Assembly (NCBI GenBank): GCA_028023455.1 | Contig: JAQFVV010000006.1 | Location: 9,300,001 to 9,364,000, forward strand | DNA: 64,000 nucleotides | Reading direction: 5' to 3' | Source: Epiperipatus broadwayi | Lineage: Eukaryota; Animalia; Onychophora | Shown: one piece after another, positions 1 to 12,189 of the stretch | How positions within the stretch are numbered: position 1 is the first letter of the stretch | How the letters are laid out: each line of letters begins with the position of its first letter | The notes under the pieces: generated by a model | The model's database searches: none | Seen by the model: only the letters and a program-made list of their open reading frames with translations | Told to the model about the DNA's origin: nothing | Made by a program: the position numbers and the translations under genes

Positions 1-199
1 ACACATATCTGTAATATATACATATATTACTAAATTACAGGTGTCATTTACATATATATGTGTGATCCTGCATATATAGTAATTTAAGGTTGTTTAAATG
101 GGTACTCTAAGAGGGTTTAAACCTGGCATAGAGTTGGTGTGGGGGTAAAATACGTGAAACACGCAGGTGGATGAAACTGACTGTTTCAGTAGATGACAG

Positions 200-640
200 T
201 GGTATTTAAAATAACCCACACTAATTTCTAACTTATGGGGTTTTCATTAGTGAGAAGTCTTGAATCTTCAAGAAGTGCACCTGGATATTTTGGATCTAAT
301 GCATCTTTCCTCCAGCAGCCATCTTTTACTAAGGTTTTGTTATCAAGCTACAAGCCCAAATTGAAAAACATATTGTTTTCAATCAAAGGCAGCATGCTTA
401 TATACTTATGTACATGTGAAATCAGTTCATTATCTACATATTAAGGTATCCTTAGTTTTTTAACAACTATTGGCATGACTTTTCCCTGCATGGGATTAAT
501 ATAAAGCCCATCGAACATCATATGACATCAGCTTACATAACGCTGTTTGACAGCATGTTTTTCATCTAGTGTAAGCTTTAATAAGCACTACTATCTGGCA
601 TCTCTTAATTACTAAAATTTACACTAGGTGGCATAAATGT
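200..640. mobile_element. Decayed family-A (HHR-bearing repeat) copy plus short fold-back
   Basis: ctaatttctaacttatgg..ttcattagtgagaag..ggatctaatgcatc matches family A; the palindrome ctagtgtaagc..ttacactagg lies at ~565-630. Confidence 0.6.
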
Positions 641-802
641 AATGAGAAAAAAAATTGCTGCTAAACAGCTTTGTGTATACTAGTGTCATGTGTTTAATAT
701 GTGGCTGAAAGCTACTTCAAATAATAGATATTTAGTAAAAAGAAAATGAAAAATATTTATATAATTCTCATATAGTTGGAAAAAAAGAAGAAAATTAATT
801 AC

Positions 803-826
803 CTCAACATTGCTTTCTGCTTCCAT
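803..826 (-). CDS. Possible first coding micro-exon (MEAESNVE) of a divergently transcribed neighbour gene
   Basis: Minus strand ATG GAA GCA GAA AGC AAT GTT GAG followed by a good donor GAG|GTAATT; too short to identify. Confidence 0.25.
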
Positions 827-1058
827 GATCAATTAATTTAGAATATAAAAAGTGCAGAAGACATAAAATTCTTGAAAATTAGTATCAATTAAATTAAGAA
901 CAAATCTTTTCACTAAAAATCTTATTTATTTTGATTCAGAATTTGCTAAAAAAAAATATTCCACAAAATATAATTTTGTGCATTGTATGTATTTTATTTT
1001 GTTTATTCAAGTATTGATTCAAGAAAATGGCACAAATTGGTATTTATACTCTGTAAAT

Positions 1059-1368
1059 CAGGAGTCCCCAACCCTATGCCCATGGGCACCATGGTGCCCG
1101 TAGACCATTTTACATGTGCCCGCCACTATCCGAACACTATAAAAAATTATTTATCTGATACAAATAAATTTAATTTTTAAGATTTCTTATAAATTATTGT
1201 ATTATATTGTAATCAAATTGTAGGGTCATACTATACTTTTACAGCGTAAAAAGAGTCTATCATTAACAATATCCAAGTATAAATTTACATTGAAAAAATA
1301 AATGGTGCCCACCACTTGGCTGCTATTATAGAATGTGCTCTTAAGTGCAAAAAGGTTGGAGACCACTG
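1059..1368. mobile_element. hAT (Charlie-like) MITE
   Basis: Imperfect TIRs CAGGAGTCCCCAACC / GGTTGGAGACCACTG; perfect 8-bp TSD ctgtaaat (1051-1058, 1369-1376). Confidence 0.9.
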
Positions 1369-2102
1369 CTGTAAATGATTACTTATTTATTATTATAAAT
1401 AAAAATTTTGTACAATTTTATTGAATCAATATTTGAGAAAATAAAATATAATACATATATTGCAAAAAAATTGTTTTATTTTCTTGAATGTTTTATTGTG
1501 AATCCGTTAATATTTTTTTTGCAAATTCTGATTCAATGGATAAAATTGCTAATGAAGAGAATTGTTCTTGACCTATGCTGATTCCACATCAATGTGGCCA
1601 AAACATTGCAAAACATTTAGGGACATTGTACAGCATTCTACACTTGTATTACTTCACATGTGATAGTCCATATAGATCTTATAAATTACAGAGTTTTGGC
1701 CAAAAAAAAAACATAGTTACATTTACATTTGAATATCAGCCTTTCAAGCTAGGCTGATATTCGAATGTAAATACAAGTGTATACAGACGCTATATAAAAT
1801 AAATGCTTATTTACATAGTTACATTTAGCAAATGATAAAAAGTGTTTCACTTTTTGATTTTTGCAAAAGATGTAGATTACTCAGGGCCAGGGTCTTATGT
1901 CATTATACTACCTCAAGCAGGCTATGCCTGCAATGTAGAACTATTTCCACTAGCTCTTTCTGGATCTATTTGTATACTGAAAATGACTTTCTATAATATC
2001 TCAAAAATTGTCTTTAATTTTTTGCAGTTTTTTTTTTGTATACATTGCTTATGATGGATATGCTTGTTCACAATGGCTAATGAAGTACATTTATAAAATG
2101 TA

Positions 2103-2640
2103 CAGGACCAATCAGAGAGGGGATAGGAGGGGCAGCTGCTCCAGAGCTCGCAATATTAGGGGCCTCAACTTGGCAACTCGATATGTTAAATAAAAATATA
2201 GGTGAAGGCAAAGCGATGTCATGGCTTGTAAAACCGACTTAATTTTACAGTTAAATTCCCCCAAAAAAATTTGAGAAAAACTTTTCCAAAAAGTCATACC
2301 ACAAGTTAAAATTATAAGCCAGTTTAGGGATGAGGTGCCAATTTGACGACTCTGCAACGAAAGAGACTGCAGCAGTCTCAGCTCCTGTCAGTCAGTTCTG
2401 TGCTAAGTGTTTTATAAAACTAACAGTGCTAGAGTGAATATAGCCTATCCAAGTGCTATCGGATCTGATCTGCTTGCTCGTTTCTGCAACTCATAACTAA
2501 CTGCTTCCGAAGTCCTGTTTTCGGCCCTGTAAGTAAAAACTCATTCCTTCTCTCTCTCTCCCTACATTTTTATTTTAAATTTTGAAGGGCCTCTAAAATA
2601 TTAGTTGCCATGAGCCTAGCATTTTCTCTGAAAGGCCCTG
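2103..2640. mobile_element. hAT-type MITE
   Basis: TIRs CAGGACCAATCAGAGAG / TTCTCTGAAAGGCCCTG; perfect 8-bp TSD aaaatgta (2095-2102, 2641-2648). Confidence 0.85.
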
Positions 2641-3199
2641 AAAATGTATATAGTATTACACGAAATGAAATAGTGGAAATTATAATGCATGGATGGGAGA
2701 ACAAATAGGTAATACATCATTGAAAGAATTAAGAGAATGAAACGAAGCTAGATTGAGTATATTATTATAAGAAATGGTGATAGAAATCTGAAATCTTAAA
2801 CTAGATCTCAAAAAATTATAAATAACCCGAAAAGTTACCTAAGAGAGATGAATGGATAAAAAAATTTGCTTAAGGGACAAGAAGCCTAAGAAAAAGTGTA
2901 TTAAACTTGGAAAGACTATCTTCTAATAGACTGATGGCTGAAAATGATATAAAAGAAAAAAGTTATTCATATTTTAAAGGGTTAACAAAGAATAGTAGTG
3001 AAAAGTCTGAGATTTTTGAAAAACATGGAAGGGAAGAGGATTTATAGGTATTCAGTGCCCAGTTTACTTGCATTTTGTAGTTAAGAATTTCGAATAAATA
3101 AAAACAAAAGACAAGGCACGTTTGGTTACTAATTGCTAGTTTGATTTACAGATTACAGTTCTCCTAACTGATAATTAATTTAAGTTTAGTCTATGCTAA

Positions 3200-3666
3200 T
3201 TTCTTGTAAATATTTCTAGTGAATAATTGTGTGTTGTGCGGTAGTTACAATTATTTTCCGTAAAAAAACTTTATTTTAACAATATCACATATATATTCGC
3301 ATGCTTTTTATCTACCACTATACATATTCCAATAATAATTAGCCATATATTTTTTAATAATTCTTTTTTCTTCATTAATTAAATCCGTTATATTTATTAA
3401 CACCCTATTCTAAAATCGTGCGAAAATAAAGTACAGTATTGGTTTTTATTATGTAAAAGTGAGCATGTGATCCAAAATTTCTCGTCGCTGAAAGTTTTCG
3501 TCCCTCAAATTGTCGTTAAATATGCAATAGCTTAATAAATAAAAAAAATTTGCACAGAAAATAAATAATAAAATAACATTTTTTTTTTCTTTCAAATAGT
3601 TTTAATAACTAACGAATAGTATACAAAATAATGATTAAATGCGGTATTATTTAAAATGGCTGCTAC
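3200..3666. promoter_or_regulatory. Probable promoter/5' UTR region of the RPUSD4-like gene
   Basis: Local CpG enrichment in otherwise CpG-poor DNA directly upstream of the first coding exon; positional inference. Confidence 0.45.
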
Positions 3667-5437
3667 ATGCCTGTAGTTTCGCTAGAATATTTGTATATTA
3701 CACTTAATAAAATGGAACATTTATGTCGCAGACTTATCATTTTACCTCTCCCAATGAGCGGAGTAAATAAATGTCTAATATATAAATATTTATTTTTTAA
3801 AAATGGACTTTTAAAGACAGCAAATATTGCTACTTCAACCAGTTTTAGTCGTTTTAAGCACTCTAAAAATCTAAGTGATTATATTTCGGAAGATAAATTT
3901 AAAACAACTGATATGCCTCAACAAAAATTAAACGACTCAGTTGATGATTTAGACTTTTATGGTATTGAGAGTGATACTGGAGTTATTAATATTGCGTCAT
4001 CGTCTAAGGAATCTGTTGTTGAAACATTTGAAAAGCGACGAGTTGCAAACTTGAAAAAAGATTTTGAAATGGTTATTCCTATGTCTTTTGGCAAAGTACG
4101 AATTGATACATTAAATCAACCGCACTATAATCGTCCATACAGAAGAAAGTCGGGTAAAAAACATGACAATATTATTGGAAATTTACCAGAAAATGTAAAT
4201 GAATCTGAAAATAAAAGCGGTAGCAAAGATGCACTTGATGAACAAAATTTGCAAAATGCAATCACAAATGATAAAGGATTGGAGTCATCAGTATTAAAAG
4301 ATGATTTGTCGTTCATAGATAAAACTTACTTTGAAAGTGAAATAGAAAGTGGCAATTATTTAAAGACTGAATTATCCGAAGAACAAGATAGTTTGTCTTT
4401 CATTGATGAAAGTTATTTTGGCCAAAACCAAATAAATGATTTCAAAACTGTTTCAGATGAGAATCAAAATATTATTGATCAACAGTATTTTTCTTCTATA
4501 ATTAAGTCATTCGGAAATATCTCCCCCACAAAATTCAAGGAAGAAAATTCCATTGAAAAATCAAATCCATATTGTCATAACCCTGAGTCATTAGAAACAA
4601 AATATTCAACTTATAGTCCCAGTGTTAGCCAAGAACAGGCTTTGCATGCACCTGTTAAAAATAAATTTAAAAAAGATAATATCGGAAATTTGTCTGCAGA
4701 TGCCAATACAATTGGCAATTCTTTACCCACATCCATTTCTGGAAACTTTGAAAATATATTCACAGAAAATTCTATCAATCTATCATTAAAAAATAAATCT
4801 CTCAAAAAATTAAAAGTTAATAAAAAACATTTAGAGAATTCAGAAAATGCCGAGAATCAAAATTTGGCTGCAGAAACCGATACAGATAGAATTCCTTTAC
4901 TCTCAACAATTCCAGGCAACTTTGAAAATACATTAACAGAACAAAATCCTATCAATCTATCATTAGAAGATAAATCTCTCAAAAAATTAAAAGTTAAACA
5001 AAAACATTCAGAGGATTCAGAAAATACTGGAAATCAAAATTTAGCTGCAGATCGCAATTCTTTATCTCCATCCATTTCTGGGAACTTTGAAAATATATTC
5101 ACAAAAACAAATATCAATCTATCATCAAATGATAAATCTCTCAAAAAATTAAAAACTAATGAACAACATTTAGATAATTCGTTACACGTATCAAAAGTCA
5201 CTCCGTCACCGAAGAAAGATTTAAAGCCATCGTTACAACAATCTAAAGCCAATTCTCCATTAAACTTTACTTCAAAGAACAAATACACTGAAGGATTGAT
5301 AGATGAATCGGTTGATAAATTAGAATTTATATCAGAAAAGGTTAAACCAAACATTATTGCTGATAAAGAAAATCCCAAAACAGCTTATGATATGGCAATG
5401 AAAATAAGAGATGAAATGAAGAAAAAGAAGCAAGAAA
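3667..5437 (+). CDS. RPUSD4: RPUSD4-like mitochondrial pseudouridine synthase, coding exon 1 (long N-terminal extension; start at 3667 or 3712)
   Basis: ~590-codon ORF ending at donor A|GTAAGT (5438), phase 1, which joins exon 2 in frame; basic N-terminus resembling a mitochondrial presequence. Confidence 0.8.
4687..5180 (+). repeat. Three in-frame ~55-58 aa tandem repeats within exon 1
   Basis: GNFEN..INLS...KSLKKLK units start at 4741, 4915 and 5080 (spacing 174 and 165 nt). Confidence 0.9.
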
Positions 5438-6439
5438 GTAAGTTGTTTTTTTTTTAAATAATTATATAAATTATAGTTTAAAGCAAAAGTGGTATGTCTG
5501 GAAGCTTCAAACAAAATCCAGTTGTGATCTCGTCAAATTGTCTGAATGAAATCATTAATAAAAAAACTTAAGTTTGATGTTAAATATTAATAATTAGATA
5601 AATATGACTTTGATACAAATATTTAACTTATAATTCAATTTTAAATTACTTACAAGGCATACAATATTTTACCCGAAACATAATTTACATCAGAATGACT
5701 TTAGAATTCATAGTTCCTATTTGCACCTTCAACTAGACTGGCAATTGGGTATTGAAATTAGTTCCGATCTTTGTTACTTTTAAGTGCTTCTTGCTTGTTC
5801 CATTTGTTTCTCCTCAGGCTTGTAACTTATCTCATTTTTAATTGTTTTCTGTCTCTGGAGTTATTGCAATCTGATGAATATCTTCATTTGCTAATTTTAG
5901 CTTTATTAGAAATATATTTTTATTAATTTTTCTTTTATCTCTTAAGTTGTTTTTTAATTTCAATCTAATAATTTTAATTATATGTTTTTAAATTGTATTT
6001 TTTTGTTCCTTTTACTCTAATTTTTGTATATTAAACTTATTTAGAATGCATTTATGACATATACAGTATTTAACGCATTGAATGTAACATACAAATATTT
6101 ACATTGTTATTCTTAATTGAGTACCCAGCATTCATTATAGAAATTTTCACAATTCTTCAGAATCCCATACAATGCCAATCAACAATTTCAAACTGTTGTC
6201 AAGGCAACCTCCTTTTAATACATTTCTTTTAATCATTAAAAAAAACAGTCAACACTTAGACAATAACAGTCAACCATTTCAAACTGTTGTCAAGGCAATT
6301 TTTTAACAATATAAGTGTTAAAAGGAGGTTGCTTTGACAGTAGTTTGAAATTGTTGATTGATATTGGGATTGTCTAAGTATTGACTGGTTTTTAATGATT
6401 ACTTGTAAATCCATTTAGCCTTGAGCATTGTTACACTTA

Positions 6440-6890
6440 TTATTTAAATATAGGGGATTTGAACTCAGACTTTCAAGCACCCTTCAACTATCCACACTAT
6501 CTCATACAACTGATACACATGTTGAAAAGATAAATAATCACCAATATATGGGCATGGCAATAATATTGGCATCAGCATGGGATTTGGGCTTTCCATCATC
6601 AGATTTTCAATGATATGGATGGCTGAAAAGTTGGAGGTTGGAGTAGATTGAAGCCTGTTCATTAAAGTATGAGGATTTGCTATCTTAATATAAACTAAGC
6701 ACTGATTATATATATGTATGAGAGATGATAATTGGACCAACTGATGAGTGCTGGTTTAGCATGAAATATGCATATTGGTGGTTATTTATCTTTTCTACAT
6801 GTGTGTGGTCATGTGTATCAGTTGTATAAGATAGTGTGGATAGTTGAAGAGTGCTTGAAAGTTTGAGTTCAAATCCCCTATATTTATAAT
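6440..6890. mobile_element. Penelope-like element end with inverted repeat and HHR (family D)
   Basis: Arms ~6440-6546 and ~6772-6885 are inverted. The spacer has a GIY-YIG C-terminus-like remnant sharing atttgctatct..aatat with the 10.85-kb copy, followed by an HHR. Confidence 0.65.
6736..6779 (+). ncRNA. Minimal type-I hammerhead ribozyme, intact core
   Basis: ACCAA-CUGAUGA-GUGCU(GGUUU)AGCAU-GAAA-U(AUGC)A-UA^-UUGGU: 5-bp stem I, 5-bp stem II, short stem III. Confidence 0.75.
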
Positions 6891-6959
6891 TAAGTTCCAG
6901 GTTTGTGAAGAGTGCCTGGTTTTCAAGTATTTACTTACTATTTAAATAATCTTTTAAAT

Positions 6960-9400
6960 ACTTGGGTAGTGATGTTAAATTTTTATTTTTTAATGAAGGG
7001 CATCATTTTGATATTCTTGGATAACAGTTCTACTTTTAAATCATCTGCATTTTTAACTGTCTCCACTATTTCTGCAATTATGGAATCTATATGGTTTTTA
7101 TTTAAACTATTAAATGCTCATAGCTAATTAACTATGGCAAGTAAATTACATCACTCCCTGGCATTACATAACCTTAATTATAGATTATCAGCAATCTGGT
7201 ATAAAAACATTGCTTTGATTGCAGAGTGCTGATATTCTATTCGTTAATATTGAGGGTTGACCAAGGTTGATGTGGGATTTTGTCCAATTGACTTTATTGT
7301 TTAGCTTTTGACTTTTTGGATGTCAGTGTTATTAGGCATTCAATCAGATGACTAAATTCTTCTTCAATCTTATTAAGGTTCAACGAAATTGTTATCTAAA
7401 TGGATTAACAGATATGTTGATATTAACAATGCCTTTGTCTACTGAAAAGCATGCTCTTGCAACTTCTGAAATAAATCATGAAGGGATGTGGTTATATAAA
7501 ATTAGCTTTGGAAAATTCTTAAAAAACTTGCAACTTTTTCGTGCCATTTGCTCTTTGAACATTCTCAGCTGCTTTAACTATTTTTGGGGAATGAAGTTTT
7601 ATACCCATCCCACTAATAGTGTGGCCTAGAAATTTAATTTTCTTTGCATTCCAAATACATTTCTTGGAGTTAAATTGCTACAAATTTTGAGAGTCGAGCA
7701 TATATATCTTATTTGATCTGTTATGTAATGATTCTGAATTAATCATTGCTAATATATCAAAATATGGCATATCCCCTCCATTCTACTTTGCAGCACATCT
7801 GTTTTAACTTGGAAAAATATTTGGGACTATCGTTACTTGGTTGAATGTGAACAATCCCTAAGAATAATAATAGTCAATAATTTTGCTGTTTTTCCCAATA
7901 CCAGTGTCAAGTGAAAAACAGCATTCAAATCTAATTTTTCAAAAAAGTTTGCTCCATCCTGCATCTCCCTTATATTTGGAACAAGGTAAGAATTTTTAGC
8001 TATACCTTTATTGAATGTTATCTTTAACCCCTTCATAAGTAGATTTATCTTCTGGATTTTGAAGTAATAACTATGGCAGCAGTCTGAAGTAATAACTATG
8101 GTAATGGTCCATTCTGCAATTTCAGTAGCAATCAACACCGCTTTAGATATTGAAAATTTTTCTGGCTTGTACTTGCTCAGAAGATATCGTTCATAACCTG
8201 TAAGCAAAGATTTTGCCTTCTCATTAAACTCGATCTCTATAGCTATGGTATTTATCTTTTTTTGCGTAAACCCTTTCAATAATGATTATCATCTAGTTTA
8301 GTGAAGTAATATCATATTTACGCATAAGGTTCTCAAATTAATTCCAGATTTAGCACTTCTGTTACTCAAATCTCTTTTAATTTCTGAGCAGTAAAGACAT
8401 TCAATTGTTGTTTTATTTTTAATAATGCCTATTAATCATATATTTTTTTATGCCTAATTCTGTACTAATTATGAATTTTAACTTATCGTTTATTGTGAAT
8501 AGATTTCACTTTTTGTGATAAACATTAACCTCATCCATTATATTAACCAAACCAAGTATAGCATTTGATTTTTTGTTTGGATCCTTAACTTTAATTCTGT
8601 TTGCGTTAACTTGGAATAGTCTTCAATCTCTTTATTTAACAGCATCGAATTTCTCTGGAGCATGAAACCATCCCAGCTCTGTTGTCCGTTTTTATCCATA
8701 TGGATTTGCTGAAGACTATTGATCTTCATGCTGTTTTCCGTTTTTCTTAGTTTACTTGCTGGGAAATTTTTTATTTTTTTGTATGTAATACAGTATACTT
8801 TACCTCGTTGTCTATACTTTCACAGTTCTTATACTTTGCACTTTTCTTATTACGTTATCATGCTCTGTGATGAGAATTTTGCAAATTGCCTTTTCGGACA
8901 TTTTAGACTTGTTTGCTGTTAGAATTGTTATTAATTTGGGATCTGCTGCTCTGAATCGGTAAAACCCGTTTTCATGGCTTAGAACTAATTCTTGGGCAAT
9001 GCCTTTTGACATCTTCAGTATATGACAGGTCATTGATAGACAGTAATTGCAGTCGCTGTTTTTCCTCAACTATATCCTACACGAATTGTTCCATCAGATT
9101 CTGCTCCAGGTAATTATTATATGTTCAATTCTTTACCATATCTTTCAAAGACATCATTTCTATATCTTTTCACCCCTCACTTGGCATTTCTTTCATAAAT
9201 GAAAATAAGCGGCTAAGAGCATATTGGACCACAGGACACAAATTGCAGATAAGCTGACAAGTTATTACAAGATTGTCTCATATCTTGGATACAACTTGGA
9301 AGAATATAAATTATTGAGTTTAGAAATAAGATCGGCAATCAATCTGAAGTTTGAAATGCAATGGATGCTAAACCTGATGAACTGCGGATAGAAAGAAAAG
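6960..9400 (-). mobile_element. Decayed Ty3/Gypsy LTR-retrotransposon gag-pol remnant
   Basis: Gag-like YLEQNLMEQFV..EKQRLQLLS; RT motifs GANFFEKLDLNAVFH and KKCIWNAKKIKFLGHTISGMGI; many stops and frameshifts. Confidence 0.75.
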
Positions 9401-9649
9401 AAATTCTAAGAAAAATTTAAATAAGATAAAGCCAGAAAAATCTTGATAGCTATCAGAAGATTTATTATAAACAAGCAGATACAAAGAATTCAAATTTTAA
9501 AAATGATAAAGACCTTTTAAGTCAAATGAATAGAAAATTCTAATGTTCACTCTGAGAAGAGCAATACTAAAATAGTGCAGGATATCACAAAGGTCACCAT
9601 GCAGTGGGAAAATAAGAAATTGAAACTAATTGTACTTTGATTTACAAAA

Positions 9650-10200
9650 TATTCGTTACAAAATATTCACTGCATGTTCACCATCTCTTTCTGCATACAC
9701 GTGAAGTGTTCTCTCCCATTCATTGATGAACACATTCCAAGATATCTGTTGTTATGCGAATAATTGCATTTCAAATGCATTTATTTAAATGATTTGTTCT
9801 AATCTTTTGTGGATCAAATCTTTTATGTGACACACAAATAAAAGATGTGGGGATCTCATAGGCTATCTCACAGGACTGATGACCAATTTGTGAATATGGA
9901 AAGTGTTGATCTAGTATATGGCATCCTCTGGGACACCCTGTACTTGCAGAGATGTTGATAATGGAGATGAGTAAGTTCGCTCAAAAAAACACTTGTGAAC
10001 TGTTTTAAAACAACCAACAAGGATGGAAGAAATATATAGAGGAATAATACCATAAGGAAATTCTTGTCTGAAGACATCTACATCAAAAAAACCATCATTA
10101 GTGGAAGAGGGGGTCATATAATTGAGAATGATTTCCACAAAGAAAGGTACAAAATACACTCACATTTTACATCATCGCTCATAATCCAGATATGATAGTA
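9650..10200 (+). mobile_element. Possible Gypsy integrase C-terminal remnant
   Basis: Weak match SIWHPLGHPVLAEML to the TPH...SPAELL motif, with stops. Confidence 0.3.
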
Positions 10201-10739
10201 TCCTAAAAGTTTTGTGATAAATAGCTAAACTCCGTCACTTCTAACACATTTATTCAAAGATGGCACAGCAGGTAATTTGGATAGAGAATTAGTTATTTTC
10301 ATTGGTATACATTGTATATATCGCAGATGAAGATTAAGATATTAATACATGTATTACATAGGATTTGATATACTTGGTTTGGTTTCAGGTATTCACTAAA
10401 TGCCATAATTGCGTACTATTATGCATCCAAAAAATTGTAAACATTTTACAGCTAAATTACAATGCATAAACCGTAATTCATAAATTATGTCCTAGTAGAG
10501 TCATTTTAAAAATATATCAGTAATGCCCGTTTATTGTAAACTGCGCATTATTCGTAAGTTTATTCAAATGATTAACGGTTTGTGCATTAGGGTTAGTTTC
10601 TTCATAAAATATTCTCTTCTCTACGTATTTAGTAGTCATTTTTATTCATGACCTTATTACAATTATCAGACTTTATACTTCTTTAAAAATGCAGATATAT
10701 TATCCGTAAACTAAGATTTAAAATATATATTTGGGCCAA

Positions 10740-11000
10740 GGATAATCTCTAGTTTTATAAATGGTTGGTAATAATCATTAATATACTTGCATAAAGTGGT
10801 TTGTGATAAAGTTGTGAGAGCAGAAAGTTTGATATTTGTAATGTAAACTAGTAATTTGCTATCTATAAATATGGAATAAATAATGAAGGTATGGGTAAGG
10901 GATTGTGTTTTGGGCCAACTGATGTGTGCTGATTCAGCACAAAATACACAGTCTTGGAGATCATTTGCCCTTTTCACATCTGTTATGTGTTTCAAAAAAT
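10740..11000 (+). mobile_element. PLE endonuclease C-terminal remnant plus decayed HHR (family D)
   Basis: RAESLIFVM.TSNLLSINME...W remnant, then CCAA-CUGAUGU-GUGCU(GAUUC)AGCAC-AAAA-UACACAG-UC-UUGG at 10915-10957. Confidence 0.6.
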
Positions 11001-11416
11001 GTATGATTGAGTAGAGTTTATTTTAAAATATATATGAAGTTAAGTTTAAATATATCTGGAAAAATGAAATATATGAAGCTAAATTATAACGTGTTATGTA
11101 TGGCTTACTTGAAAAATGAAATGGATGTTTCAATATGCATCGATAGTGAGGGGTTTGTCTGACTTTCTGTGCTGATGTGTGGTTGCGATATGATACGCTA
11201 AGATGAACGACGCATTGTAAAAACAAAAAACTTGAATTATATATACAAATTAGTATTATAATAAAATATTTCTAATGTTAGCTAAAGAAAAGGTTTATTA
11301 TATATATTTTTATTAAACATAGCTGAGTGCACTTTTGGTTTGCTGAGTGTTAAGAATCTGGCTTTCCAAGGCGAAAGTTCACACAGTTATGTTTAATACA
11401 TTTTAATAAAAATAAA

Positions 11417-11652
11417 TATACAATTTATCCAAACCGCTTCAAACACTTTTTAGCAAAACTTTTTATTTGTACATATGCATACACCTACATTTCGACTGAC
11501 CTGCAGTCTTCTTCAGAGCAAGTTTTTTTTTTTTTTTAGATCAACATAAAGTTGCTCTGAAGAAGACTGAAGGTCAGTCAAAACATAGGGGTATGTACAA
11601 ATAAAGAGTTTGCTAAAAAGTGTTTGAAGCGGTTTGGATAAATTGTATTTAT
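11417..11652. repeat. Palindromic element with one HHR-like motif per arm (family E)
   Basis: Arms are ~100-bp inverted repeats. Minus arm: CUGAAGA-A-GACUG(CAGGU)CAGUC-GAAA-UG-UA. Plus arm is the same with CAAAA and CA. Confidence 0.75.
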
Positions 11653-12003
11653 AGGATATTACGGCAAAAATAAAGAAAAGTGTGATTTTGGTAATATTTA
11701 TGAAAAATAAAATATATATAACAAATTATTTCTTTAGCCAATTTAGAAATGTTCCAGCCAATTTATTACAAACAAGAAAAAAAAAAAAAACAAATTTTAA
11801 ATTAGTCTTATAATAAATGCAATAAATTAAATTTCATAGAATCTGCTTGTATTTATATGCTTTTGGCTAATTTGTATGCTGTCAATATTTTCAAAATGGC
11901 TACCTTTGAATTAACCAAAAGCATGCTAATATAAATAAATTCCATACCATTTATTTACATAATACTGTATTTACTTAAATTTATTATATATATATTTGTT
12001 TAG

Positions 12004-12189
12004 CAGCTAATAAAGGAAATACCGAAGCAGTTAATGAAAATGCTGAAACCACTACTGCCGATGTTCATTACGATTATCCAGTGGATAGTCAAGGTTGGCG
12101 AATTCTTAAAGATCAAGTACCTCAATTATACAAAATGACAAAAGGGGAAATTGTGAACTTACTTAAGAAATCTGTTGTTCTTAATAATT
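12004..12189 (+). CDS. RPUSD4: RPUSD4-like exon 2
   Basis: AG/GT-flanked 186-nt open exon (..DYPVDSQGWRILKDQVPQL..), phase 1/1; NAGNAG acceptor (12004 or 12007). Confidence 0.85.

Noticed and set aside
6960-7620. Penelope RT remnant
   Set aside because: The frame continues directly from unambiguous Gypsy RT motifs (KLDL..FH, KFLGHTIS), so it is better read as Gypsy pol.
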